Positions 27,037-37,424 of a stretch of 44,142 nt of DNA are shown in pieces. Position numbers and translations under genes: made by a program. The notes beneath the pieces were generated by a model. That model made no database searches. It saw only the letters and a program-made list of their open reading frames with translations, and was not told where the DNA came from. Position 1 is the first letter of the stretch. The number at the start of each line of letters is the position of its first letter. Source of the stretch: a virus (lineage: Duplodnaviria; Caudoviricetes); IMG/VR virus record IMGVR_UViG_3300020382_000148, positions 1 through 44,142 of that record; one strand, written 5' to 3'.

Positions 27037-27372
27037 ATGAACAAATCAGAACTATTTAAATCCTACGCCCTAAAGACTAACACAATTGAAATGGAAAACT
27101 GGGGTGGTACGGTACATATTCGTGAACTTTCCGCTGGCGCAATAGATCGTATGCGTAGCGTGGGAGAAGGTAAAGAACTTCAGATGGCAGCAACTGTCAT
27201 TATTGAAGGTGTCATTACGGAAGAAGGTAAAAGGTATTTCGTATCGAATGACATGAACAACATTTTAGAAATGTCAGTTGCTGACCTTAACAAAGTGTCA
27301 GAAGCAATCTTAGAACTAACAGGTCTGCTTGGTGGAGATGACGAAGAAGCTGAAGAAGTTGTAGAAGCTTAA
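27037..27372 (+). CDS. tail assembly chaperone
   Basis: WGGTV.IRELSA...EG.R.F motif; follows tail tube. Confidence 0.8.
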   Translation: MNKSELFKSYALKTNTIEMENWGGTVHIRELSAGAIDRMRSVGEGKELQMAATVIIEGVITEEGKRYFVSNDMNNILEMSVADLNKVSEAILELTGLLGGDDEEAEEVVEA

Positions 27373-27812
27373 TGTCAACTCCAGAACCGATGACACCTAT
27401 TGAGAGATTCGAGGTAGCTCTGTCATTGCAACTGGGCATACCAATGTCTGTCTTAAAAGACACATTAACACTCCGAGAGTATGAACTTTATCAAGAATAC
27501 TTTATAACTTTCGGAATAGGACAAGAAGCTCATTATATCAGGTCAGCTACAGAGATAATCACTATGGTTACTCAAATCGCTGGAGCAATGGGCAGTAAGG
27601 ACAAAATCAATCTCACACCTGAAGAGATTTATCCACAGTTATCATATGACGATCCTAAGAAAAAGAAGAATCGTGGCGGTAACTCGGCAGTGGATTGGGA
27701 CAACACTCCAGATCATTTAAAGAAACAATTGATTGAAACAGGATTATTTGATAAAGACGGTAATCCTAGTGGAGCACACAGCAATCCAATAGACCAATTA
27801 CGCACACAATAA
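27372..27812 (+). CDS. second tail assembly chaperone (gpT-like)
   Basis: LSLQLG.P...L...LT.RE...Y.EY motif; between chaperone and tape measure. Confidence 0.7.
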   Translation: MSTPEPMTPIERFEVALSLQLGIPMSVLKDTLTLREYELYQEYFITFGIGQEAHYIRSATEIITMVTQIAGAMGSKDKINLTPEEIYPQLSYDDPKKKKNRGGNSAVDWDNTPDHLKKQLIETGLFDKDGNPSGAHSNPIDQLRTQ

Positions 27813-27834
27813 GAATAAGATATAGGAGCATACG

Positions 27835-30800
27835 ATGGCTGATTATACAAGTACGGTAGAGCTCAAAGCTAATACTCGTAAGTTAGAAAGTAGTATGAGG
27901 GATGTCACTGTCAAAATTGACAAGATGGGCACTAAGTTAAAAGGTGCTTCAACTCAATTTAGAAGGACAGCTAATACAGGTGTTGGTAGTCTACGCAAAT
28001 TAGACAAGAAGGTAACTGGCACAACTAAGATTATCCGAACAATGACTGCAGCATTCAGTGCTGTAGCTGTTACTATGTTCGTGTCTAAATCTTTGCAAGA
28101 ATTTGCTAAGCTAGAAGACGGACTTAAGCAGATCGGAACACTAGGTGTTAAAAACCTTAAAGGTGTAGAGAAAGCAGTATTCAAAACAGCGAAAGCGTTT
28201 GGCACAGATGTCAACGCAGCTACTAAAGGATACTACGACATAATCTCTGCTGGAGCCAGTTCAGCAGCAGCGGCATCAGATCAGCTTACAGCTGCAGCCA
28301 AGCTAGCTAAAGCAGGTAACACTGATCTTGGTAAATCGGTTGATATCCTTACTACAGCCATAAACGTATTTGGGGATAACGGTGAGACATCTTCAACTAT
28401 CATAGATAAGTTATTTACTACAGTTAAGCTAGGTAAGACTACTGTAGCTGAGTTAGGTCAATCATTTGGTCTAGTTGCTGCTACGGCAGATGCTGCTGGA
28501 GTCAGTCTCGCAGAGACAGGTTCAGCTCTAGCTGTAATGACTGCAGGTGGTCTTAGTACCTCTACTGCAGTAACAGGATTAAAAGCTGCATTGAGTAACA
28601 TCATCAAGGTGACACCAAAGGCTGAGAAAGCTGCTAAAGCATTAGGCATAGAGTTTACTCAAGCCTCCTTAGCATCTAAAGGCTTTGTCGCATTCTTCGA
28701 AGATATAAGAAAGAAGACAGGCGGTTCGGTAGTTGAACTTGGTAAGTTATTTGATTCAGTAGAAGCGATTAACGCTGTAGCTACTATGACCTCAGACGTA
28801 GGTATCAAGAAGCTAGCAAATGCTATGGATCAAATGCAGAACTCCGCAGGAACTGTAGAGAGAGCATGGGAGACTGTCGCTGACAGCCTGTCTGTATTGT
28901 TCGCACGAGTTTCTAATACTATGTTAGAAGCTAGTCACTCTATAACAGAATTGATCGTAGGGCCATTGAAGAGTCTCTTAAAAGGTATTTTAGAGAACTC
29001 CGAAGGTTTCCGTACGTTCAAGAAAGTAATAGTAGGAGCAACAGGTGCTGCAGTAGCATTACTTGCAGTATTCGCAGTTTCAAAGTTTAAAGCTATAACA
29101 GTAGGCGTAATGTCGTTGACAAGAGCCTTGATGTTGAACCCACTATTCCTCATAGGAGGAGCAGCTGGATTCGCTGTAGTAGAATTGTTTGAAAGGTTTG
29201 GAGGATTCACAGAAGGGTTCACAACTGCAATCAACAGAATGCAAGTTGTGTATGAAAACTGGTTAGCTGGTTTTAAGACCAACAGTGTATTCGTAGCCTT
29301 CACAGCAAACTTAGACAAGTTACACGATACATTCAAAAAGACGATAGGAATTGCTTTCGGCTACGTATCTAACTTAGATTGGGACGCTGCTTGGCATGGT
29401 TTGGGACATTTCTCAGAAAGTGTAGCTGGCATAACCAAATCTGCTCTTGAATTTTTACAAGAGCCTATCAAAGATGCCTATGATGTTTTAAGTGCTATAG
29501 ATTGGACTGTAATATGGGGAGACTTAGCAAAAGATACACAGGCAGTTTATGATGTTTTGAAAGTAGCATACAGTGAAGTTGCCCAGCCACTTGTTGATGT
29601 GTTCGACACTATTAAAGCTATCGATTGGTCAACGATGTGGGGTGGTTTGTACGAAGGAACACAACAAGTTTTGTCTTGGTTCCTTGATATGTACATATAC
29701 CTTGTAGGATCCTCTATTGTACCTGACATGGTCAATGAGATCGGTGCATGGTTTACTAAGCTAGTCGACATGGTTCTTATTCCAGTAGAGGAAATGTACA
29801 ACGGTGTGGTCAAGTTGTTTGACTTGATGTACACAAATATCACAGGAACTACTAGGAAGTCTGTAAACGAAGTAAACTCAATACTGGCAGACGTTCATGG
29901 ACCTAATGACTTAGACAAGGGCATTTTCCAAGGGGTTTTAAGTGCAAGTACGATAGAAAACCTTAATGAAGTTTGGGAAAACTTGACAACAACCTTTAAA
30001 GTTATTGGAGGTCTGATAATTGGAATTTTTTCTATAACTATTCTTTCTAAGTTCAGTAAGACTGCATCTAAAATGTTTGATACCTTTAGGTCTTCAGCTT
30101 CCACTGTCTCTGGTAAGCAGGGATTAGTCAATAGAGCTTTGTACGGCAAAGAGGGCAGCTCTAGAGCAGCCATGAAAAACGTGGCGAAATTGCGTAAAGA
30201 AGTAGAAAGATTAGAAGGTGGACAAAGGATCCAAAAAGGGGAAGCCACTGGAAAAGGTAGGTTCCAATCCTTGGGTATGCAGAGAGCTTCAACCTTGGAC
30301 AAGGGCGTACTTAAAGGTCAGATAGCTAATGCTGAAGCCGAAATAAAGAAACTTGGCGCAAAGGCTCCAGGAAGAGGGATTATGTCCCGATTCTTATATG
30401 GCAATGGTCAAAACGTAACAGGCTTTACTCAAAAGTTTACATTGCTTACCGCTAGAGTAAAATCTAGCTTATTGTCAATAGGTGCTAGTGTAAGTAAAGG
30501 TATAGGTTTTGCTTCACGTGCTATATTCGGTGCTGCAGGTTCTGCCGCTATAAGTACTAAGTTTAGTGCTATGGTGTCTGGCATAAAGCTAAAGGCTCTA
30601 GGTCTTAGGGCTTCTTTAGAAACTAGGGCTATCTCTAACCATATGCTTTACGGCAAAGGTGGAGTGTCTGGAGCTATACTAGCTGGATGGACGAAGTTTA
30701 CTACTATCATTGGTAAGAGTAAGTTTAAGTTGCTAGGTGTAGCTGCTGCAGGTGTAGCAGGAATGGCTCTTTACGGAGCTACTGGTGGATCTGAAGGCAT

Positions 30801-33405
30801 AACTAGCAAATGGGAATCATTCCTAGATAGCATTAGCTTTGACAAGATCAAAGAGACTGCTCTTAACGCATTTTCTGAGTACGGTACAGACGGTCTTATA
30901 ATGTGGGCTATGTTTGGTGCTCCTGGATCTGGTGCACTTCTAGGCGGCATAACTAAAGCATTCGCAGGAATGAAAGGAATGCTTGCTAAAGTGTTGCTTC
31001 CTGCTATCGGTTACCTAGCAACAACTGGTGCTGGTATATTATCTGGCCCAGTGGGTTGGATTGCTTTAGGATTAGCTGGCGCAGCTGCAATCACTTATGC
31101 TTTATGGCCTAAGATAGAACCTATGTTCACTGATATGTGGAATGGCGTTACTAGCTGGTTCAGTGGGATTGATTTCTCAGGACTATGGGACGGATTAGTT
31201 AGTTCTATCACTTCTCCTTTGCAATCCATAAAAAGTGCCATTATGTCTACTTTCACTTTTACAAGTGGTAAAGAAAGAACTGGCAACCCAGCTGGTTTGG
31301 GTCGTGGGCTCCAGAAAAAGGCTGATGGTGGGTTTATTATAGGAGAAGGTTCCGCAACTTCAGACTCTATCCCAGCTATGCTATCTAATGGCGAGTATGT
31401 GATCAACGCACAATCTACAAAGAAACACCGTAAGCTTCTTGAATCTTTAAACAAGAACAGGTTTAGTATGGGTGGATATGTAGGTGGTTATGAATCAGGT
31501 TCAGGTGAAGCTGGACCACCTCGTGTACAGTTCACAGGTGGAAAGTTCGACCACACTAAGACGCTGAAAGCATTTGGTGGCTTTATGGATGAGTCCAGCG
31601 AAGAGATGCGAATCTTTAAAGATAGCTTAGATGTACTTAGTGAGAATACTTTCAGGTTGACTGAAGAGCAAATCAATGAGCTTTCACTCGTCAAACAAAT
31701 GAACAGTATGACGGCTGGTCTTATCAATACTCAAAAGATGCAAGAAAATGCTGCTAAGGTTGGTATCGTTGGTACTAAAGAAACAACCAAAGCTGTAGTA
31801 ACTCTAGGAGAGAAGACCAAGGAAGCTGCAGATAAGATCGAAAATGTATGGTCAGGCTTTGGCAAGACCCTAACAAATGATCTTAAAGATTCTCTATCAC
31901 GTGCTGACTTCAGCAGTGTTGGAGATGCTATCGGTTCAGGCATAAGAAGTTTAGCTGAAAAAGTTTCTCGTACTATGTTAGACAGAGCATTCGCTCCTAT
32001 GGAGAAAGGTCTTGATACGTGGTTCCAAACTATGGACACTATGGAAATTGAAGGCAGTACAATGTTTGCTCGTTTAGGAAACATGGGATCACAGATGTTC
32101 AGTGGCATGGGTAGTGCCCTTAGCCAAGCATTCAGTAGTATGAGTGGTGGCGGTGGTTTCTTCAGTGCTATAGTAGGAAGCCTATTCGGTGGCACTACAG
32201 GACCAAAAGCAGGCATGACAGCTTATGCAAGTGGCGGTCGAGTAGCTGGTCCAGGATCTGGTACAAGTGATTCTATAGTAGCACGTCTAAGTAACGGAGA
32301 GTTTGTCGTCAACGCAGCTAGTGCTCAAGCTAATCTGGGTCTGTTAACGCAGATCAATGGCGGCTTTGCAAAAGGTGGACACGTCGGTGAGAAGAAATCA
32401 GGCAACAAAGCAATAGATTTCTTATCAAGTTTAGACGATGGCATCCAAGGGTTTGTGGGTAAGATAACTAATGGCATTTCTAATGCTGTAAGTTCTGTTC
32501 TCCCTAAGCGTGGTAAAGCTGACGAGAAAAAGGGTGAATCTGGTGGCATCATGGATTTCCTTAAGTTCTTAATTCCTGGAGCTGGAATAATGGAGTTTAT
32601 GGTAGATGCTTTAGCAAAAGCAAGAGGACCAGATGGCTTCTTCCCTGACAGCACTATTGGTGGACTAGTTCCCGACTTCCCGACTCGAAAGGTCATGGAA
32701 CGTGGACGTGGATTCGAAGCACTTAACGGTGGTGGATTAGGTGGTTTTTCTCCTAACTCTATGGACTTTAAGAGAGCTGAGTCTCAACGTACTAGTATCA
32801 ACAGTAGATTGTTTACTACTTCTGCTCGTAAAGATCAACTAGGAAGATTGACAACAGCACAACGTGCAGCTTTTGTATCAGGTACTCAACAGAAAGATAG
32901 TCGAGGACGATTCAAGAATGCTAACGATGTTCTGTCTAGGATTTCTGGTGGATCTATGGGTGAATCCAATGCTCAACGTGAAAGTAAGACTATCGCTCAA
33001 ATCAAGAGCGGAGCTTTGTCGAACTTTGTGAGTAGTAGTGGAAGCTCTATAAAGGGTGTAACTAATAGCTTTGACAGGTCTGACTCTAGATTGTCTAATG
33101 CAGTTTCTAAACCTAAGAAGGTTAAAACTGTAAGCAGTAACACTGGCCATCCTGGAGCTATGGCTAAAGGCGGTATGGTTGGGCGTCCTAAGAATAGGAT
33201 TCCTAAGTATGCTTCTGGAGGACGAGTGAACACAGGTGGTGCTGGCAATGATGGCCCTATCTATCTAACTCTTAACAACAACTATGATGTACAGTCCGCT
33301 ATGAACCCAGCAGAGTTCCAAGCAATGTTGGCTAACAACAGCGAATTGTCCTTCTTAAGTGTTGAGAAGAAGCTTAGAGAAACAGGAAGATCACTATATA
33401 AGTAA
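27835..33405 (+). CDS. tail tape measure protein (TP901-type core)
   Basis: 1856 aa, Ala/Gly-rich helical; YDIISAG, TVKLGKTT..EL motifs; Trp-periodic repeats; two GG...G.GS.TSDSI.A.LSNGE.V.NA motifs. Confidence 0.95.
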   Translation: MADYTSTVELKANTRKLESSMRDVTVKIDKMGTKLKGASTQFRRTANTGVGSLRKLDKKVTGTTKIIRTMTAAFSAVAVTMFVSKSLQEFAKLEDGLKQIGTLGVKNLKGVEKAVFKTAKAFGTDVNAATKGYYDIISAGASSAAAASDQLTAAAKLAKAGNTDLGKSVDILTTAINVFGDNGETSSTIIDKLFTTVKLGKTTVAELGQSFGLVAATADAAGVSLAETGSALAVMTAGGLSTSTAVTGLKAALSNIIKVTPKAEKAAKALGIEFTQASLASKGFVAFFEDIRKKTGGSVVELGKLFDSVEAINAVATMTSDVGIKKLANAMDQMQNSAGTVERAWETVADSLSVLFARVSNTMLEASHSITELIVGPLKSLLKGILENSEGFRTFKKVIVGATGAAVALLAVFAVSKFKAITVGVMSLTRALMLNPLFLIGGAAGFAVVELFERFGGFTEGFTTAINRMQVVYENWLAGFKTNSVFVAFTANLDKLHDTFKKTIGIAFGYVSNLDWDAAWHGLGHFSESVAGITKSALEFLQEPIKDAYDVLSAIDWTVIWGDLAKDTQAVYDVLKVAYSEVAQPLVDVFDTIKAIDWSTMWGGLYEGTQQVLSWFLDMYIYLVGSSIVPDMVNEIGAWFTKLVDMVLIPVEEMYNGVVKLFDLMYTNITGTTRKSVNEVNSILADVHGPNDLDKGIFQGVLSASTIENLNEVWENLTTTFKVIGGLIIGIFSITILSKFSKTASKMFDTFRSSASTVSGKQGLVNRALYGKEGSSRAAMKNVAKLRKEVERLEGGQRIQKGEATGKGRFQSLGMQRASTLDKGVLKGQIANAEAEIKKLGAKAPGRGIMSRFLYGNGQNVTGFTQKFTLLTARVKSSLLSIGASVSKGIGFASRAIFGAAGSAAISTKFSAMVSGIKLKALGLRASLETRAISNHMLYGKGGVSGAILAGWTKFTTIIGKSKFKLLGVAAAGVAGMALYGATGGSEGITSKWESFLDSISFDKIKETALNAFSEYGTDGLIMWAMFGAPGSGALLGGITKAFAGMKGMLAKVLLPAIGYLATTGAGILSGPVGWIALGLAGAAAITYALWPKIEPMFTDMWNGVTSWFSGIDFSGLWDGLVSSITSPLQSIKSAIMSTFTFTSGKERTGNPAGLGRGLQKKADGGFIIGEGSATSDSIPAMLSNGEYVINAQSTKKHRKLLESLNKNRFSMGGYVGGYESGSGEAGPPRVQFTGGKFDHTKTLKAFGGFMDESSEEMRIFKDSLDVLSENTFRLTEEQINELSLVKQMNSMTAGLINTQKMQENAAKVGIVGTKETTKAVVTLGEKTKEAADKIENVWSGFGKTLTNDLKDSLSRADFSSVGDAIGSGIRSLAEKVSRTMLDRAFAPMEKGLDTWFQTMDTMEIEGSTMFARLGNMGSQMFSGMGSALSQAFSSMSGGGGFFSAIVGSLFGGTTGPKAGMTAYASGGRVAGPGSGTSDSIVARLSNGEFVVNAASAQANLGLLTQINGGFAKGGHVGEKKSGNKAIDFLSSLDDGIQGFVGKITNGISNAVSSVLPKRGKADEKKGESGGIMDFLKFLIPGAGIMEFMVDALAKARGPDGFFPDSTIGGLVPDFPTRKVMERGRGFEALNGGGLGGFSPNSMDFKRAESQRTSINSRLFTTSARKDQLGRLTTAQRAAFVSGTQQKDSRGRFKNANDVLSRISGGSMGESNAQRESKTIAQIKSGALSNFVSSSGSSIKGVTNSFDRSDSRLSNAVSKPKKVKTVSSNTGHPGAMAKGGMVGRPKNRIPKYASGGRVNTGGAGNDGPIYLTLNNNYDVQSAMNPAEFQAMLANNSELSFLSVEKKLRETGRSLYK

Positions 33406-33417
33406 TGTAACGCTTTA

Positions 33418-33462
33418 GAGGGCAGTAGGAAGAATTCTTTATAGAACCTTCCCATTGCCCTC
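33418..33462 (+). terminator. long stem-loop after tape measure gene (terminator or processing site)
   Basis: GAGGGCAGTAGGAAG pairs with CTTCCCATTGCCCTC; no clear U-tract. Confidence 0.45.
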
Positions 33463-33605
33463 AGTTACCAACGAGCACACCTACAACAGCTCTTTAAGAG
33501 CTACGAGTCTGTATTATAGTATAAAACTAAACTTCTTTGAATATAGGAAGTTTTATTTTATATTAAATATTAGAATAACATTAACGCAATGAAAGGCGAA
33601 ACCAC

Positions 33606-34061
33606 ATGGCTAACAATTTTGAAAAGAATCAAGGAGAACTCCTTCGATTTAACTTAAGTCTAAAAGATACGAAAGGGTTCCCAGTAGCCCTAACTACAGG
33701 AACTGGAACAACCCCAGTATTGTTCTTTGCAGGGTCTGCAAAATACACTGGTTCAGCTGGAACAGTCCAGTCTTTCTCTTTCGAGTATAATCAGAAAGAA
33801 GCGAATATACCAGTCAGAGGATCTAATGCCTTTGGCGCAAACGAAGTATACAAAGTAGATGCTTTCTTGTCTGCAGATATAACTTCAACTATGGCAGCAG
33901 GTTCTTGGAACTATACGATAAAGTATTCTGACAAGGCTAACCCCTCTGCTAACGATAACGTATCTGTATTACTTGAGGGCGTTATTACCCTAAATTCAGC
34001 TGTGACAGTAAATCCAGATACTACTGGTAGCGCATTCGTCACCCCATCTAACCCTTCTTAG
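33606..34061 (+). CDS. BppU N-terminal-like tail/baseplate protein
   Basis: QGE...F.L.LKD..G.PV.LT and G.W.Y.I...LLEG.I pattern. Confidence 0.6.
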   Translation: MANNFEKNQGELLRFNLSLKDTKGFPVALTTGTGTTPVLFFAGSAKYTGSAGTVQSFSFEYNQKEANIPVRGSNAFGANEVYKVDAFLSADITSTMAAGSWNYTIKYSDKANPSANDNVSVLLEGVITLNSAVTVNPDTTGSAFVTPSNPS

Positions 34062-34071
34062 GAGATATCAT

Positions 34072-34347
34072 ATGTCTAATGTTGTATCAAATACGATAAT
34101 AACAAATCCTGATGTAATCATAGTAGAGAGTGTAATTGTATCAGACAATGCTTCAATATCTCTTACAGCTGCATCAGCTACCGCAGCAGCAGCATCTGCA
34201 ACGGCAGCAGCAGCCTCAGCAGCAACCCTAGCCGCATTATCAAATGGTCAGTTTTTCATAGGAAATGCATCCAACCAAACCAGCAGTGCTAACTTTAACT
34301 CTCTCGTAGACGCAAGGGCAGTCGCACTAGCTATAGCATTAGGATAA
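34072..34347 (+). CDS. small Ala-rich virion-associated protein
   Basis: AASATAAAASATAAAASA repeat; C-terminal ALAIALG. Confidence 0.65.
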   Translation: MSNVVSNTIITNPDVIIVESVIVSDNASISLTAASATAAAASATAAAASAATLAALSNGQFFIGNASNQTSSANFNSLVDARAVALAIALG

Positions 34348-34351
34348 TAAC

Positions 34352-34657
34352 ATGGCAAACCTTTTCAAAAGATACAAAGTTACAGCTACTACTTCTTCAG
34401 CTGTAATTTACACAGTGCCGAACTCAACTACTAGTGTTATAATCGGCCTTCAAGCTGCAAACAAAAGCGCAGCACAACAGTCAATATCAGTACTTCACGG
34501 AACAACTTACTTAGCAAAAAGCATAGATATCCCTGTAGGGTCAGTTATGCATTTTCTAGATGGTAAAGTTGTTGCAGAAGCTGGAGACGTTATCACTATC
34601 GTCGCTTCAGCTGGTACAGCCCTTGACGTAATCTTATCATGTATGGAGACAAGCTAA
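34352..34657 (+). CDS. small beta-sandwich virion-associated protein
   Basis: MAN.FK...IYTVP..TT.VIIG...AN...GKVV.EAGD..LDV.LS..E pattern common in marine phages. Confidence 0.7.
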   Translation: MANLFKRYKVTATTSSAVIYTVPNSTTSVIIGLQAANKSAAQQSISVLHGTTYLAKSIDIPVGSVMHFLDGKVVAEAGDVITIVASAGTALDVILSCMETS

Positions 34658-35481
34658 TGGCTGGATTAATAGGTAATACGGTAGTTAATAATACTGTCGG
34701 AGATTTAGGCGACATAGTACTCACTAGCCCAGAAAATGGTGCTAGCCTTATTTATAATACAAGTACGGGCAAATGGGAAGACAGTGTAGTAGTTACTACT
34801 AGTAACGATTTCACTACAGCTCTCAAGAATAAGTTAAATGCTATTGAAGCTTCTGCTACTGCAGACCAAACTGGTGCTCAGATTAAAGCTGCTTATGAAA
34901 CTGAAAGTAATGCTTTCACTAATACCCTTTTCGCCAAACTTAACGGTGTTGAAGCTTTAGCAGATAAAACAGACGCAACTAATGTATTAGCAGCTGGTGC
35001 TGTACTACAAAGTTCTGTTCAAGCTTTAGGTTCAGCAAGCAATGTTCTAACAATATCAGGAACTACTGTAACTCTTACACGTGGAGATGGTTCAACTGAC
35101 ACTATCACTGTTCCTTCAGGTGGTACCATGTCAGGTGCTGCAATCAAGACTGCTTACCAAGCTGAGACTAACGCTTTCACCGATGCACAGTTTAACAAAT
35201 TAGCTGCAATCGAAGCTAGTGCTACTGCAGACCAAACTAGTGCTCAGATCAAATCAGCTTATGAAGGAAATGCTCAAACAAATGCTTTAACTGATGCAGG
35301 TCTAGCAATTATCAATGCTACTTCAAACACCAACACTGGCGATGAAGTAACCGCAAGTGCCACAGCTCAAGGTGTCATAGAGCTAGCTACACAAGCCGAA
35401 GTAAATGCTGGAACTAGTGGAGTTCTTGCTGTTACTGCTACTACTTTTGCAGCTGCTTCTTTAGATGGCGGCACATACTAA
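34657..35481 (+). CDS. short tail fibre-like protein with 35-aa repeats
   Basis: KL.AIEASATADQT repeats, GVIELATQAEVNAG, C-terminal LDGGTY; start at TAATG 34657. Confidence 0.75.
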   Translation: MAGLIGNTVVNNTVGDLGDIVLTSPENGASLIYNTSTGKWEDSVVVTTSNDFTTALKNKLNAIEASATADQTGAQIKAAYETESNAFTNTLFAKLNGVEALADKTDATNVLAAGAVLQSSVQALGSASNVLTISGTTVTLTRGDGSTDTITVPSGGTMSGAAIKTAYQAETNAFTDAQFNKLAAIEASATADQTSAQIKSAYEGNAQTNALTDAGLAIINATSNTNTGDEVTASATAQGVIELATQAEVNAGTSGVLAVTATTFAAASLDGGTY

Positions 35482-35566
35482 TATTGTATTTCTTAGTAGC
35501 CTCATTATTCATTAGTCCTTTAGGACTGGTAAAATTTGATGAGAGAATGAGTAGGGGGATCTGGAA

Positions 35567-35863
35567 ATGTCAGAAGTAAGATTTGATAGACTAGAACAAA
35601 GTCTAGTAGACCTTGCAAGTAAGGTAGATGAAGTCTCTAAGTTAATGGAGACAGTCATTCGTATAGAAGAAAAGAATATCGCAACCCAACAAAGGTTAGA
35701 TATCCTAGATGTAAGAGCAAATAAACACAGTGAAGAACTAGATCAGCTAGCAAAAGAAATGAGTGAAGTTCGTAATCGTGGACAATTCAATGAATGGTTT
35801 ATACGAGGACTAATAGCTTCAATAGTCACTGGGGTTATATTGTTTATAAACACAAACACCTAA
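35567..35863 (+). CDS. coiled-coil protein with C-terminal TM (XhlA/holin-like)
   Basis: Heptad pattern, IRIEEK motif, hydrophobic C-terminus. Confidence 0.65.
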   Translation: MSEVRFDRLEQSLVDLASKVDEVSKLMETVIRIEEKNIATQQRLDILDVRANKHSEELDQLAKEMSEVRNRGQFNEWFIRGLIASIVTGVILFINTNT

Positions 35864-35892
35864 TAATAAACTAAAATAAGGGGTAAATACCT

Positions 35893-36327
35893 ATGTTTGG
35901 ATTACCAATGGAAGCTATCACAATGCTGATTAGTGTAATAGGTGGGGCTGTCATGAAAATGTGGTCTCAGTCTCAAGCTGATAAAGCAGAACAACAAAAG
36001 ATAATGATGGGCCAGTTTCAGGCTAGTCAAGACAGCATTAATGATGCTAGGGCGTACGATACCCCTAACGCACAGTGGATCAGGAGATTCTTAGTCATAA
36101 GCTTTATGAGTATGGCTATGTTTATATTACTAGCACCATTGTTAGGATTCCCCACAGTTGTTCCCGTAGATATAGAGAGTGGTTTTAGTATACTATTCTT
36201 TGACTTTAAAAATACAGTTACTGAATTTGTTTCGTTAAATGGTATGGTAACACCAGTTTGGTTACCACATGCTATCATGGCAGTCGTAGGTATGTACTTT
36301 GGTCAGTCAATCGCAGCACGTAAGTAA
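35893..36327 (+). CDS. holin-like membrane protein
   Basis: Three hydrophobic segments, WIRR motif, C-terminal VGMYFG.S...RK. Confidence 0.65.
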   Translation: MFGLPMEAITMLISVIGGAVMKMWSQSQADKAEQQKIMMGQFQASQDSINDARAYDTPNAQWIRRFLVISFMSMAMFILLAPLLGFPTVVPVDIESGFSILFFDFKNTVTEFVSLNGMVTPVWLPHAIMAVVGMYFGQSIAARK

Positions 36328-36362
36328 CGCACAATAAATTAATTTAACACAAGGAGATACAC

Positions 36363-37403
36363 ATGGCTATAGCCAGTTTCCCCAACGGTATTAAACCTAC
36401 CTCAATGGTAGTCACTTCTGAATTTCAAACAGTGGTAACAAATTCCCACAGCTTTGCTCGTCAGTCGCGTACACGTGGTGGGCAGCGTTGGAGGATAGAT
36501 TACAACTACCCACCTATGACACGTTCTCAGATATCTCCTTTATTGGGCTTCTTACAGGCACAAAACGGCAGAGCTGGGCAGTTTGAGATAGACCCAGCTA
36601 CGTCTTTATTTACAAACACTGGAGACACTAAGCTGGCAGCAGCTATTGCCCCTATCACTGCTTACGCTTCTACACCAATCGGTGGAGGAATTGTGGTCAA
36701 AAGGGCATCTGGTGTTGTTAGCTTTGCTGCAGCAACAGACAAGATAGAAGCTGGTACGTTTATCAAGTTCAGCAACCATCCTAAGATTTACATGACTACT
36801 CAACCACTTGAGCTATCTTCAACTGGAACTTACTTTCAGTCAGCTACTATAATTGTAGAATCGAAGAGAGATACTAACTCTCCTAAACTTAACGGAAATC
36901 TGTTAATTGGTCTACCTCTTATTAACGTAGCAGGTACTTCAGACGATAGCGCAGCCGTTGTAGTTACCGTAGCCACATTAGCTGCAGATACGTACATTCA
37001 GATAGGGGCTAAGATTGCTGCTGCCATAAATGCTATATCTGCCCAAGGATTCTCTGCATCTGCTTCATTTGGTACTGTGACAGTTAACGTTGCAGCAAAG
37101 ACAGGTGGAACTGCAAATGGTCGAAAAGTTCACGTACCTGCTCTGATAGCCAGTATCAACAATGGCATAACAGGCATCCGAACAACCGTAGATCAATTCG
37201 CAACTTTAGGTGGTGGCAGTCCTGCTGCTCTATACTTTGATCCACCATTGAGAGAAGCTATAGATACTAATACTACGATTTCGGTAGCCCCTCTCAACAG
37301 TATCCCATTTAACGTGGCTCTAAAGAATGATTCTTGGACCACCAATATCGATGAGATACAACTATACAATGGATTTAAACTTACGTTCGAAGAGACGTTC
37401 TAA
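36363..37403 (+). CDS. distal tail (Dit/gpM-like) protein with inserted domain
   Basis: Q.R.RGGQRW...YPPM, FL...NGR...F, L.F.PPLR, terminal FEE. Confidence 0.75.
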   Translation: MAIASFPNGIKPTSMVVTSEFQTVVTNSHSFARQSRTRGGQRWRIDYNYPPMTRSQISPLLGFLQAQNGRAGQFEIDPATSLFTNTGDTKLAAAIAPITAYASTPIGGGIVVKRASGVVSFAAATDKIEAGTFIKFSNHPKIYMTTQPLELSSTGTYFQSATIIVESKRDTNSPKLNGNLLIGLPLINVAGTSDDSAAVVVTVATLAADTYIQIGAKIAAAINAISAQGFSASASFGTVTVNVAAKTGGTANGRKVHVPALIASINNGITGIRTTVDQFATLGGGSPAALYFDPPLREAIDTNTTISVAPLNSIPFNVALKNDSWTTNIDEIQLYNGFKLTFEETF

Positions 37404-37424
37404 TTACTTAGGGAAATATAAATT

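Noticed and set aside
27340-27380. Programmed -1 frameshift between the tail chaperone genes
   Set aside because: No XXXYYYZ slippery heptamer before the stop; the second ORF has its own ATG via a TAATG overlap
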